A DNA stretch of 42,107 nt, counting the filler, from an uncultured archaeon (GTDB lineage: Archaea; Nanobdellota; Nanobdellia; Woesearchaeales; CAIVOO01), in assembly GCA_903842985.1 (NCBI GenBank). It is 3 parts of 3 records of this genome, joined end to end, with 100 filler letters (N's around TTAATTAATTAA, not from the genome) between each part and the next. Parts side by side here need not be neighbours in the genome. Positions count along the whole stretch, not along the records: positions 8,296 to 18,974 come from CAIMOB010000059.1; 2 more parts are not named here. One strand, 5' to 3'. Of the stretch, positions 8,720-18,073 are shown piece after piece; within the stretch, counting starts at the first letter, position 1; the number at the start of each line of letters is the position of its first letter. Both the position numbers and the translations under genes were made by a program. Under the pieces are notes generated by a model, which saw only the letters and a list, made by a program, of their open reading frames with translations, did no database searches and had not been told where the DNA came from.

Positions 8720-9430
8720 CTAACCAACCCTCCCTTTAAGCGATCTTTTTTCCTTATCAACCAGTTTCACTTCATTTATTCTAAGGATTCCCGAATTCTC
8801 CGAGTCCATTTCAACAGCAGAGTCAACAATCTCAAGTCTTTTCCTGAAGTTTGGGCCGTCGGTAACAAGCGTTTCAAATTCTCCGCCTTCACCCACAATG
8901 CTTATCTTGTATTTCCTGTTCAGCGCCTTCAGTTCCCTTAGGGCGTCTGCATCAATAATTCTTCCGAGCCATTTGTCTGAGAAGCCGTCAGCTGCAACTC
9001 CTACAATCATTACCTTGAAATCCTTAATCAGCTTTTCCATGTATTCGTCCTGCGAAACATCCCAGAGCGGAGAGAATATCTTTAATTTTAAGTCAGCGCA
9101 CATCTCCTTCACATTGTTGAACTGGTATTTTGAAGCGATTGCGCCGACTGCAATGCCTTCAATCTTGTATTCCTTAATGGCTCGTTCAAGAGCCTTCCTC
9201 AAATCCTTCATTTCCAATTCTTTTTCCCCTTCTGTCGCCTGCGTTATTAGCGGGATTCCAAGGCATTCTGCAAGCTTCCCAGCCAGATTTATGTTTGGCG
9301 TGTGGAACATGTATGAACTTGGGTTCTCGGAAATGACAGAAACAAGGCATTTGACGTCATGCTCCTTCTGCGCAAGATAAACAGCATAAGTCGAATCCTT
9401 TCCGCCTGAGAATAGTGCTGCGAGTTTCAT
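8720..9430 (-). CDS. dph6: Diphthine-ammonia ligase (Dph6 family PP-loop ATPase)
   Basis: FSGGKDS, SYMFH, GAIASKYQ, PLW, GEGGEFET. Confidence 0.9.
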   Translation of the reverse strand: MKLAALFSGGKDSTYAVYLAQKEHDVKCLVSVISENPSSYMFHTPNINLAGKLAECLGIPLITQATEGEKELEMKDLRKALERAIKEYKIEGIAVGAIASKYQFNNVKEMCADLKLKIFSPLWDVSQDEYMEKLIKDFKVMIVGVAADGFSDKWLGRIIDADALRELKALNRKYKISIVGEGGEFETLVTDGPNFRKRLEIVDSAVEMDSENSGILRINEVKLVDKEKRSLKGRVG

Positions 9431-10920
9431 CTCGGCTTCATCGTAGGGAACAGAATCACATCCCTGATGCTTTTCTGGTCTGTAAGAAGCATAACAAACC
9501 TGTCGACGCCAAGTGAAGACCCGCCTGTTGGAGGCATTCCAGTTTCAATCGCTTCAATGAAGTCTTCATCCATTGGGTACTGCCTTGACTGCTCCTTAAA
9601 AAATTTCTTCTGAAGAATAGGATCGTTAAGTTCGGAATACGCGTTTCCGACCTCCATGCCCATGATGAACGGCTCAAATCTTTCAACGAACTTTGAATCG
9701 CCGGTTCTCAGCGGCTTGCACAAAGGCGTGGATTCAACTGGATGGTCTGTTACGAATGTCGGCTGAATCAGCTTCGGCTCAACTATCTCCTTGAAAAGTT
9801 CGCCAATAATAACGCCTCTTGTAACCTCGCCTTCAAATTTTATTTTGTATTGGTCGGCAAGCTCCCTTAATTCATCATCGCTCATGTCATTCACACTAAT
9901 CCCGCCGAACTCCTCAAGCGCATCAACCATTGTTATTCTTCTCCATTTCTTTGCAAAGTCAATTTCAGTTCCCTGGTAATTTATCTTTGTAGTGCCAAGC
10001 GCCTTTTTCGCTATAAATTTGCACATTTCCTCAAACTCGTCCATGACATCATTGTAATCAAAATATGCCCTGTACCATTCAACCATTGTGAACTCCGGAT
10101 TGTGCGTCTTGTCTATGCCCTCGTTCCTGAAATTCTTGTTAAGGTCATAAACCCTGTCAAATCCGGCGACAATCAGCCTTTTCAAATACAATTCAGGCGA
10201 TATTTTCAAATATAAGTCCATTTCAAGCTCCTTGTGATGCGTTGTGAAAGGCGTTGCAGCTGCTCCGCCGTAAACAGGCTGAAGAATCGGCGTTTCAACT
10301 TCAATGTAATTGTTCTTGTCCAAAAATTCTCTTATTGCAGAGATTATCTTTGCCCTTGCCTCGAAAATCTTCTTTTTTTCTGGGTCAGAAATCAAATCAA
10401 GATATCTTTTCCTGTAAATCAGCTCGGGGTCCTGTATCCCGTGGAACTTGTCAGGCAGTGGAAGCAGGGTTTTGCACAGAAGTGTCAATTTTTTGGTGTG
10501 CACTGTTATTTCTCCTGTCTTTGTCTTGAAAATCTCGCCTTCAATCCCAATTATATCACCCAAATCAAGAAGCTTGAACAGCTTGTATTGGTTTTCTCCG
10601 ACATCATCCTCTTTTATGTAGAACTGGATTTTACCAGTGTGATCAAGTATGTGCGCAAACGCCGCCTTCCCCATCGGCCTTAATGAAACAATCCTTCCTG
10701 CAACAATTGTCTTCTTGATTTTTTCAGAATCCTTCAGAATTTCATCTGCTGTGTTTTTTCTGTCAAACCTGTAAGGATATGGGTTTATGCCCAGCTTTCT
10801 TATCTCTTCCAGCTTCTTGTATCTGTCCTCTATTACTTTTGGCTTGTTTGCCCTGTCATCCTGGGAAGTCTCCTCTTCCCTGACAAGCCTCAGCTTTCCG
10901 TTTTTCTTTTCTTCTTTCAT
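9427..10920 (-). CDS. lysS: Lysyl-tRNA synthetase, class II
   Basis: OB-fold, EVETPILQ..YGGAAATPF, motif 2 FRNEGIDKTHNPEFT, motif 3 GMPPTGG.SLGVDR. Confidence 0.97.
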   Translation of the reverse strand: MKEEKKNGKLRLVREEETSQDDRANKPKVIEDRYKKLEEIRKLGINPYPYRFDRKNTADEILKDSEKIKKTIVAGRIVSLRPMGKAAFAHILDHTGKIQFYIKEDDVGENQYKLFKLLDLGDIIGIEGEIFKTKTGEITVHTKKLTLLCKTLLPLPDKFHGIQDPELIYRKRYLDLISDPEKKKIFEARAKIISAIREFLDKNNYIEVETPILQPVYGGAAATPFTTHHKELEMDLYLKISPELYLKRLIVAGFDRVYDLNKNFRNEGIDKTHNPEFTMVEWYRAYFDYNDVMDEFEEMCKFIAKKALGTTKINYQGTEIDFAKKWRRITMVDALEEFGGISVNDMSDDELRELADQYKIKFEGEVTRGVIIGELFKEIVEPKLIQPTFVTDHPVESTPLCKPLRTGDSKFVERFEPFIMGMEVGNAYSELNDPILQKKFFKEQSRQYPMDEDFIEAIETGMPPTGGSSLGVDRFVMLLTDQKSIRDVILFPTMKPR

Positions 10921-11258
10921 AGCAGTTTGAGCTTCCCGCTCACCTTGTCAACTTCTTTTTCCTTGTCAGGCCCTATTGCAAGGCAGGTTATTGTTCCTGT
11001 CTTGAAAAATGTTTTGCCTGCATCTGTTATTATCACATTAATTAATTTGTTTTTCTTTGCTTCTGCCTGAAGCTTCTTAAGCTCATTCAGGCTCTCGGCC
11101 TTCAAAACAACCTTCTTCATGCCTTCGTCTTCCCACTTCTTTACAATATCTTTACTGGATTTAAGGACAGCGGAAACAGAAGCATGCGCAGCCTGCGCAG
11201 CCAGCTTGCCCTTTGGCATGTTCAAGTCCTGCCTTATGATTATTGCCTGCTTGTACAT
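10917..11258 (-). CDS. pth2: Peptidyl-tRNA hydrolase Pth2
   Basis: KQAIIIRQDLNMPKGKLAAQAAHA, DAGKT, IGP; start at ATG 11258. Confidence 0.95.
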   Translation of the reverse strand: MYKQAIIIRQDLNMPKGKLAAQAAHASVSAVLKSSKDIVKKWEDEGMKKVVLKAESLNELKKLQAEAKKNKLINVIITDAGKTFFKTGTITCLAIGPDKEKEVDKVSGKLKLL

Positions 11259-11340
11259 ATCTGGCTTATATACTGGCTTATTTAAAAAGGTTTCGCACAG
11301 CACAGCAAATTAAATAAATTAGTTCCTTTCATCAAATTGA

Positions 11341-11934
11341 ATGGGAAACGGAAAAATCAAATTAACACCAGTGGACCAGCGCTACATTGCTTCATGTTCG
11401 CCGCTTCCTCACAAGTCAAATTATGCAGAAGCAATGAGATGGAAAGAAATACTGCGAAAGAGTTCAATGGCTGATAAAGAAAAATGGATTCCGATATCAG
11501 AGTTTAGGGTACCGTTTCCAAAAATCTACGTGCTGCATAAGGCGGGAGTTTTCGATGACAGAAGCGTTAAGAGCTATTTTGAAGGAACAGACAGAGAAGG
11601 GCACAACGAAGTATTATATAATTATGCTAAAGATGCAGTAAAACGCAATGATCCAGACCTGCCGGGAATTCTTGCGCACATAGAGCAGTGCTCTGTCAAG
11701 ATTGCACATATTGAAGACAATTTAGCAACAGTAATCGCTTATAGGGATAATTATCCCATAAGTCTTGATATGGAATATCTTGACGTATATCCTGTTACAG
11801 AATATGTTTTTGTCCACGGGAAAAGCAAAAAGGGGGCGATCGTTGTCAGGGGTATTGTGGATTTTGAAGTAGAAGATATGATCAAATGGTTTGAAGCGCT
11901 GCAAAAAGACTCTGAAAATCCGTTTTTAAAATGA
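11341..11934 (+). CDS. Hypothetical protein, possibly a divergent DUF6390-like hydrogenase-associated protein
   Basis: Coupled (ATGA overlap) to the hydrogenase protease; motifs FDDRSVKSYFEG, GHN, IEQC, YVFVHG. Confidence 0.55.
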   Translation: MGNGKIKLTPVDQRYIASCSPLPHKSNYAEAMRWKEILRKSSMADKEKWIPISEFRVPFPKIYVLHKAGVFDDRSVKSYFEGTDREGHNEVLYNYAKDAVKRNDPDLPGILAHIEQCSVKIAHIEDNLATVIAYRDNYPISLDMEYLDVYPVTEYVFVHGKSKKGAIVVRGIVDFEVEDMIKWFEALQKDSENPFLK

Positions 11935-12302
11935 AAATACTTGTTTTTGGTAACCTGCTTGTGAAGAAGGATAGCTTGCCGTTAAGAATTTTGCCGAAGC
12001 TGAAAAAGAAATTCAAGGACATAGAATTCAAGGATATAGACGCCACAGAAGAGCTTCAGGCAGAGGGGCGGGATTTAGTAATTCTCGACGCTGTTGAAGG
12101 GATTGACAAAGTTATGATAATAGAAAATATAGACCAGATAAAGCAAAGCAAGGTATATTCTCTTCATGATTTTGACTTGGGGTACAACCTGAAGCTTCTG
12201 AAAAAGATGAAGCTTATTGATTCTGCCAAGATAATAGGCGTTCCAATGAGAATTTCAGAAAAAGAAGCGCTTGCTCAAATCCAGTTTATTCTAAGGAAGT
12301 GA
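11931..12302 (+). CDS. Hydrogenase maturation endopeptidase (HycI/HybD family), short
   Basis: ILVFGNLLVKKDS, VILDAV, SLHDF; adjacent to the hydrogenase large subunit. Confidence 0.85.
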   Translation: MKILVFGNLLVKKDSLPLRILPKLKKKFKDIEFKDIDATEELQAEGRDLVILDAVEGIDKVMIIENIDQIKQSKVYSLHDFDLGYNLKLLKKMKLIDSAKIIGVPMRISEKEALAQIQFILRK

Positions 12303-13558
12303 GTTGCACAGCTCATGCAGGGGTCATACGCCCTTATCATTTTCTCGACTTCATGCCCTATCCTTGTCTTGCTCATTTTCTTTGCAAGCATCTGTTCGAC
12401 ATAGCTCGCAACATCCTTTTCAAGATGTATTATGTTCTGCTGGGTCGGGATGCAAATGCTTGCGTTCTTCACAATGCCACTGCTGTCAAACTCAATATGA
12501 TAATAAAGTGTTCCGCGCGGAGCTTCAACAACGCCGACGCCAGTTCCAGCTCTAACTTTAACTTCTACAGGCGCCTCCTTCTTGAAGTCGTAATCAAGCA
12601 ATTCCAATGAAGCGTCAAGGTCATGGAGCATTTCAATTGCCTGCGCAAGATTGTTCCTGAAGATGCAGTCAGACGGGAACTCACTTAGGTATTTCTTTGC
12701 GTCTCTTAGAGTATTTTTGTTAAGGCTTTCCTTGTTAAGGTTCATCCTTGCCAATGAGCCGACCATGTATTCCTTGCTTTCAAACTCAACTCCAAGTGCT
12801 GTTGAGTACGGCAGGACAACCTTTTGCAGATGGTCGCCATAATTTTCCTCGTTTATCAGCGTGCCTTTTGCTGTCTTTATTACACCTTTCAGGTAATTGA
12901 AATCGTTGTTGACAAGCGCCACATAATTTGTTTTTCTCTTGAATGTGCTTTTGTCATTGTAGAACAAATTAATGATTTTCAGTATCTTTGGCCTGACAGC
13001 AATAAGCTGTTTTTTCGCGTTTTCCAGCGCAGCTTTTTCAGGTATTTTCGAGAAACCGCCTATGAGCGGAAAATGCGGATGAATAGGTCTTCCGCCGATA
13101 ACAGTGGCAAGCAGGTTTCCGGCAGCTTTGAGATCAAAGCCGTCCTTTACCCAGCCCAGCTCCTGCTCATTGAAATCAAGAACAGAGTCCTTGTTGAACA
13201 AATCAGGCAGGCAGAAAAAATAAAGATGCATTGCATGGTCTCTCAGCTGGCTCGCATACATCAGGAGATTCCTCAGGACAAATGTCTGTTCGCTTGGCTT
13301 CACTCCAAACGCATTTTCAACAGCCTCTGTCGCGCACAAAACATGGGCAGAACTGCATGTCCCGCAGATTCTTGACATTGTGACGGGAACCATGCTGTAT
13401 TTCGCTCCTTTTATTGCAGTTGTGAAGAATCTCTTGTTCTCGCTTATCTTCAGTTTGCAGCTTGATACCTTGCCGTTCCTTGCCTTAACATCAAGATGCG
13501 TGTGTCCCTCTATTTTCGAGACATTCTTTATTTCCAGTTCAAATTCTTCGTCGTGCAT
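12275..13558 (-). CDS. [NiFe]-hydrogenase large subunit (group 3b-like)
   Basis: SKIEGH, L1 RICGTC..AH, EAPRG, PTQQN, L2 YDPCMSCATH, plus cleavable tail FLRINWI. Confidence 0.93.
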   Translation of the reverse strand: MHDEEFELEIKNVSKIEGHTHLDVKARNGKVSSCKLKISENKRFFTTAIKGAKYSMVPVTMSRICGTCSSAHVLCATEAVENAFGVKPSEQTFVLRNLLMYASQLRDHAMHLYFFCLPDLFNKDSVLDFNEQELGWVKDGFDLKAAGNLLATVIGGRPIHPHFPLIGGFSKIPEKAALENAKKQLIAVRPKILKIINLFYNDKSTFKRKTNYVALVNNDFNYLKGVIKTAKGTLINEENYGDHLQKVVLPYSTALGVEFESKEYMVGSLARMNLNKESLNKNTLRDAKKYLSEFPSDCIFRNNLAQAIEMLHDLDASLELLDYDFKKEAPVEVKVRAGTGVGVVEAPRGTLYYHIEFDSSGIVKNASICIPTQQNIIHLEKDVASYVEQMLAKKMSKTRIGHEVEKMIRAYDPCMSCATHFLRINWI

Positions 13559-13559
13559 T

Positions 13560-14024
13560 TTAACTGAATTTTTTAAGATAGCCCTCCATTTTTACAGCGA
13601 GCTCGTCCTCGCTTACAGGACAGCCGTTTATTTGATCGTCAACCTTAACAAACTTACTTATTGGAGATATTTCATCCAGCTGGTGCAGCTTCTTCACCAG
13701 CGGCGCAATCTCCTTTTTTCTTGTCTCATCAAAGCTGTTCCTCTGGTTTGAGGGATAGCCGTTTGCAGCGCCGGAGCCCAGTGCAACAACCATCTGGCTC
13801 TTTTCCCTTATCTCCTTCAGCTTTTTCACTTCGCTCTGCGTGGAAATAGCCCCTTCGACAAATGCAATGTCAAGGCTGCCAATAGTTTCATTTGAGCGCA
13901 GAACCCTTATGTTTTGTATGTCAACCTTGCTGGCATACTCAAAGAATTTCTTGTTCAGCAGTTCAATGAACATTACTGTACAGCCTTCACAGCAGGTAAA
14001 TGAAAAAAATCCTATCTTCATCAT
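13560..14024 (-). CDS. [NiFe]-hydrogenase small subunit, proximal-cluster domain only
   Basis: TCCEGC, FVEGAI, ALGSGA, INGCP; 154 aa. Confidence 0.9.
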   Translation of the reverse strand: MMKIGFFSFTCCEGCTVMFIELLNKKFFEYASKVDIQNIRVLRSNETIGSLDIAFVEGAISTQSEVKKLKEIREKSQMVVALGSGAANGYPSNQRNSFDETRKKEIAPLVKKLHQLDEISPISKFVKVDDQINGCPVSEDELAVKMEGYLKKFS

Positions 14025-14052
14025 TTAAATCCCCTTTACGACTATTGTTGGC

Positions 14053-14250
14053 TTATTTGCGCTTGCAATTGCATGCAGGGCAGCAGCCGAACAGCAGTTT
14101 AATCAATCCCTTGATTGCAATGATGCCGCCTACAAAAATTCCCCAGCTGAACCAGCCGTAAACCGCATTTAATACTATTAGCGCACCCAAAATCAAAAGT
14201 TTTGCACCTTTGCATCGCGGAGCACATTCACATTTTCCTGTTTCTTTCAT
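14053..14250 (-). CDS. Small Cys-rich membrane protein
   Basis: CECAPRC, two hydrophobic segments, CCPACNC; GAGGTG SD. Confidence 0.75.
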   Translation of the reverse strand: MKETGKCECAPRCKGAKLLILGALIVLNAVYGWFSWGIFVGGIIAIKGLIKLLFGCCPACNCKRK

Positions 14251-14267
14251 TTTAGCACCTCGTTTTA

Positions 14268-14480
14268 TTAAAATTTCCCTTCTTTTGAAAGGCCTATTAT
14301 CGCCGCCCTCAGCTTGTCAATGTGCTTTTCCATGTCCTTCTCCATTTCTTCGCACATTGTGTGGCACAGCGGATGACCATGCTTCTTTGCATCCTCTTTT
14401 GCATGCTTCTTCAGATACCAGTTAATCCTGCTGAGGTCATGCAGAAGCCTTACTTTATTGTAATTACAGTCATTAAGCAT
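14268..14480 (-). CDS. Small helical His/Cys protein, possibly half ferritin-like fold
   Basis: NYNK..L....W....H..EDA...GH..C...C...DMEKH; GGAGGTG SD. Confidence 0.7.
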   Translation of the reverse strand: MLNDCNYNKVRLLHDLSRINWYLKKHAKEDAKKHGHPLCHTMCEEMEKDMEKHIDKLRAAIIGLSKEGKF

Positions 14481-14557
14481 CTTCGCACCTCCTTTTTATG
14501 CGTTTATATACTATTTTGTTTAAAAAGCTTTCTTATATTTTATATAATTTATTAGAA

Positions 14558-15901
14558 TCACTTCTGCTTTTTCTTCTGTTCTGGCTTCTTAGTTTCTTCC
14601 TTCTTTACTTCTGTTTTTTCCTTTGGCTCGTCGTCCTCATCTTCTTCGTCATCTTCGTCTCCTTCTTTCTTGACAGACTTCTTCTCTCCAACCATTTCGC
14701 CCTTTTTCCTGATTTTCTTGTGAAGCTCTATTATTTTCTTTTTGTTAACATGTCCGCTAATTGCCCTGTACGCAGCAAACATGGAGACAATGGCAGCTGC
14801 CATCGAGCCGAAGTAAAGCATATTAGTCTTTACCTTGTCCATAAAGGTAACTTTCTGCTTCTGCGCGCTGTTCAGCTGGTCCGCCACATCATTAAAGCTT
14901 GATTCAGCCATCTCAAGGTTTGTCTTTGCTTTTTTGTAGTCACCTTCATACAAATAAAGCTGCGCTTGAGTCACATAATCATAAGCACTTTTTAATGTAT
15001 TTCCAGCAACATCAACTATGTAACCTTGGACCTTTTTGTCCTGGTATTCCTGGTTGAGAAGATTGTATTTTTCCTTCAGCTGGTCAAGCCTGCTTGACAA
15101 TTCAGTAACATTGAATTTTTCAGTTGTCTCATTCTTAACAACTGTTTTCTGCGTCACAGTTATCTGCCCTACAACCTTGTTTTTTAGCACATTATCCGCA
15201 TAAATTTTTATGACAAAGTCAATCATGCCCGGCTTTGAAGCGCTTATTTTCAAAAAAGCGTAGTCTTTCTCGCCGCTTGCAAGGGTTGCAATAGGCGCAG
15301 TTGATTCTGTTGACAGCCCGTCGCCGGTTATATCAACGCGTACGTTCTGCAGGTCAACTGTCCCAGTATTACTGATGAGGATATTTATCTGTGCATCGCC
15401 TGTTTCAATTGTGCTTGGAAAGATTTTTTCAACATTCAGCTCTTCAACACACTTGAACCCAGGATCGTGGCACGCATCGTCGCTGCACACGACGCATCCC
15501 TTATCGCATTTGCTTTTGCTGCACACCAATTCAGGTGCTACAACTGTCTCATTCTTCACCGCTTTCTTCAGGATTTCAACAGTGACTGTATCATTAGCGT
15601 TTTCAGTCAGCTTTGTTTTTGTTGATGAAAAATAAATCTTATAGTCAGGAGATGACTCATAGACAAGTGTAAAGTTTGAAACTGAGTAGCCTTCTGGCAC
15701 GTCAAATGAAGGGAGATGGGATGTGCATTTGGCTTCACAAGCATCATTTACGCCCTTGGAAGTTGTGTAGACTGTATTATTTGCATCCAATGCAGTAATA
15801 TCAACAGAATAGCTTACTTCAACAGCAGTCGCTACTGCAATATTAACCAATAAAAGGGCTATCAGACAAATCCATTTAATTTTTAACAAACTTTTCGTCA
15901 T
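14558..15901 (-). CDS. Membrane-anchored surface protein with CARDB-like Ig domain
   Basis: Signal peptide, Cys-rich segment, ISNTGTVDL Ig motif, helical bundle, TM segment, highly charged tail. Confidence 0.75.
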   Translation of the reverse strand: MTKSLLKIKWICLIALLLVNIAVATAVEVSYSVDITALDANNTVYTTSKGVNDACEAKCTSHLPSFDVPEGYSVSNFTLVYESSPDYKIYFSSTKTKLTENANDTVTVEILKKAVKNETVVAPELVCSKSKCDKGCVVCSDDACHDPGFKCVEELNVEKIFPSTIETGDAQINILISNTGTVDLQNVRVDITGDGLSTESTAPIATLASGEKDYAFLKISASKPGMIDFVIKIYADNVLKNKVVGQITVTQKTVVKNETTEKFNVTELSSRLDQLKEKYNLLNQEYQDKKVQGYIVDVAGNTLKSAYDYVTQAQLYLYEGDYKKAKTNLEMAESSFNDVADQLNSAQKQKVTFMDKVKTNMLYFGSMAAAIVSMFAAYRAISGHVNKKKIIELHKKIRKKGEMVGEKKSVKKEGDEDDEEDEDDEPKEKTEVKKEETKKPEQKKKQK

Positions 15902-16115
15902 TTTAAGTTTTAAATCGTGCTAGCGGTAGTTTATAAACCTTTTTGTCCTATTATTTACTATTAAATTCACTACTCAGTTATGGTAAAAACCAAAAGATTT
16001 AAATATAAGTTGGTATTTCTACTATAATAATATTGCTAAAAAGTGTTTAGGGGGAGTATAAAGGCAAGTATAGCTAAAAAGAGGCTATTCTAAGCTTAGA
16101 TGGGGGTAAATAGAA

Positions 16116-18068
16116 ATGGAAAAAACACAAAATTTGGAAAACGCAGTTGAAAGCTATAATAATATTTCTGGATTAAAGAAAGCATGGAATTTTGCCAAAA
16201 AGGCAGCATTACCTGTGATTGCAGGACTATCTCTTCTTTATGCGATAGAAACTAACGCAAATGCAAAGAGAGATAAGACTCCAATGATCACACCAACGCC
16301 AATTAATTATGCTGACTTTTCTGCGCCTGCAACAAATGCAGTAGCGCCACTAAAGGTTAACAAGCCTTTTGGCGAAAAGAAAGAAGAGCCACCGAAGATT
16401 ATAGCACCTGTGATAGGACCTACAGAAGTTATTGCACCAAAGCCAGTTACAGCTCCAGTAGGAGTCATAATTAAAGAAGAGCCATCAAAACCAGCAGTTT
16501 ATGTTATTAGTCCTGAAAAAAGAGCAAATGAAGCGAGAAAAAATGAAATATACACAAGGCTTGGCTCAAAATCAGGATGCATTCCTGAAAAGGATTTCAT
16601 TGTCTGCACTAAAACAGACGGCGTTGGAGCGCTTGGAGTAATATCCCTGCCTAACACAATCAATTATGATTTAAGCATACTTTCAAAAAACTTTGATTTT
16701 AACAAATATCTGAACAAAAATGTTCTGAAGTCAATACCTGAAGGAGCAACAAGGACAATAAAGCCTTCAAGCGAACTTGGGTTTGTAAGCGTCCTGAAAG
16801 GAATCGGCGCTGAATACCCTACCCCAGAAACAGCAATTGCAATACTTAATACAAATCGCCTTGAACTTTTGTTTAGTGGCTGCGAGGCAGGTTACAATGG
16901 AAAGGAGCTTGAAAAGTTCATGTGCAAAACTCCAAAAAAGCCATTCACTTCTTCAAAAGGTTATGTTTTACTGCCTTTTGGAGGTGGAGAGGGAAAATTC
17001 CAGATAAATCCAAGAAAACTTTCACCAGATGTTCTTGAAGCGCTTGACGCAATGAAAGGCGGAAAGAAGCTTAAATGCGACGAAAGAGAGCTGATAGGGT
17101 TGAATTGTAAGGGAAAAAAGCCAGCAAAAGAACAAGCAATTAAACCAAAACAGACTGAAATGGCTGAAGCAGTTACCGGAACAGCCGGAAGCGGCTGGAC
17201 TAAAGCGTTTTGGAACGCATTCACAAGGAACTCTGAAGGAGAACTATTTTTCAATTACCTAAACGGATTTGAAGATGGAAAAGTAACTGTTTACGACGAG
17301 ACAGGAATGGGCTACCAAGCTGGCTACGGCGGTTCGCAGAATAAAGTTGGAGCAAGCGGAGCGCTAAAACCAAGATTTACAATCATAGGCGGACTGGTTG
17401 GAGGTTTGCACCTTGATGGCGCATACAATCATTCAGTAGGAAGAAAGGACGACAAACTTGCAAATGAGACTCTTGAGGAATTAACTGAGATTGCTTTGAG
17501 AGCAGGCATAGGTCTTGGCTACAGGGTCAATGACAAGGTACTGCTTGAGCTAAAAGGCGGGTACGCACTTTTGGACAACAGCATCAGGACATCTGACGCA
17601 GGACTCAACACAAAAATTGATGATTCACAGCACAAGGGGTACTTTGGGGCAATTGAACTACAGCTACCTCTTCGCTCAAAAGTCGAGGCAGACTACACCC
17701 AAACATGGGGAGACAGGGAAACCACAGTAAGTGGAGAAGGGATAGACCCAATGGTGACTAAGCTTGATTCGAAAAATAAACTAGTGGAAGTCAAAGCAGA
17801 ATCGCTGCCTATAGATCTAAGAAAATTAGGCAGAATTGGTGCTTCGCTTGGGTATGAGAAAGGAATCAGCAAAAACAAACCCAAAGGAGGATCTGATGTT
17901 GAGGTTGACAGCGACAAGCTTGGCGCAGGCATAATTTACGAAAACGGCATATTCAGGTTAGAACTTGGCGGAAAGTACGTAACAAAAATCAATCCGCACG
18001 ACGCAGCTGTCCAGCCAGGAGAAGCTTACGAGCTTAACGGCCGTGTTGGGCTAAAATTCAGAAAATAA
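16116..18068 (+). CDS. Secreted protein with putative C-terminal beta-barrel
   Basis: Extended signal peptide (..TNANA), Pro-rich linker, six-Cys domain, then about 12 amphipathic beta-strands ending YELNGRVGLKFRK. Confidence 0.7.
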   Translation: MEKTQNLENAVESYNNISGLKKAWNFAKKAALPVIAGLSLLYAIETNANAKRDKTPMITPTPINYADFSAPATNAVAPLKVNKPFGEKKEEPPKIIAPVIGPTEVIAPKPVTAPVGVIIKEEPSKPAVYVISPEKRANEARKNEIYTRLGSKSGCIPEKDFIVCTKTDGVGALGVISLPNTINYDLSILSKNFDFNKYLNKNVLKSIPEGATRTIKPSSELGFVSVLKGIGAEYPTPETAIAILNTNRLELLFSGCEAGYNGKELEKFMCKTPKKPFTSSKGYVLLPFGGGEGKFQINPRKLSPDVLEALDAMKGGKKLKCDERELIGLNCKGKKPAKEQAIKPKQTEMAEAVTGTAGSGWTKAFWNAFTRNSEGELFFNYLNGFEDGKVTVYDETGMGYQAGYGGSQNKVGASGALKPRFTIIGGLVGGLHLDGAYNHSVGRKDDKLANETLEELTEIALRAGIGLGYRVNDKVLLELKGGYALLDNSIRTSDAGLNTKIDDSQHKGYFGAIELQLPLRSKVEADYTQTWGDRETTVSGEGIDPMVTKLDSKNKLVEVKAESLPIDLRKLGRIGASLGYEKGISKNKPKGGSDVEVDSDKLGAGIIYENGIFRLELGGKYVTKINPHDAAVQPGEAYELNGRVGLKFRK

Positions 18069-18073
18069 TCACA

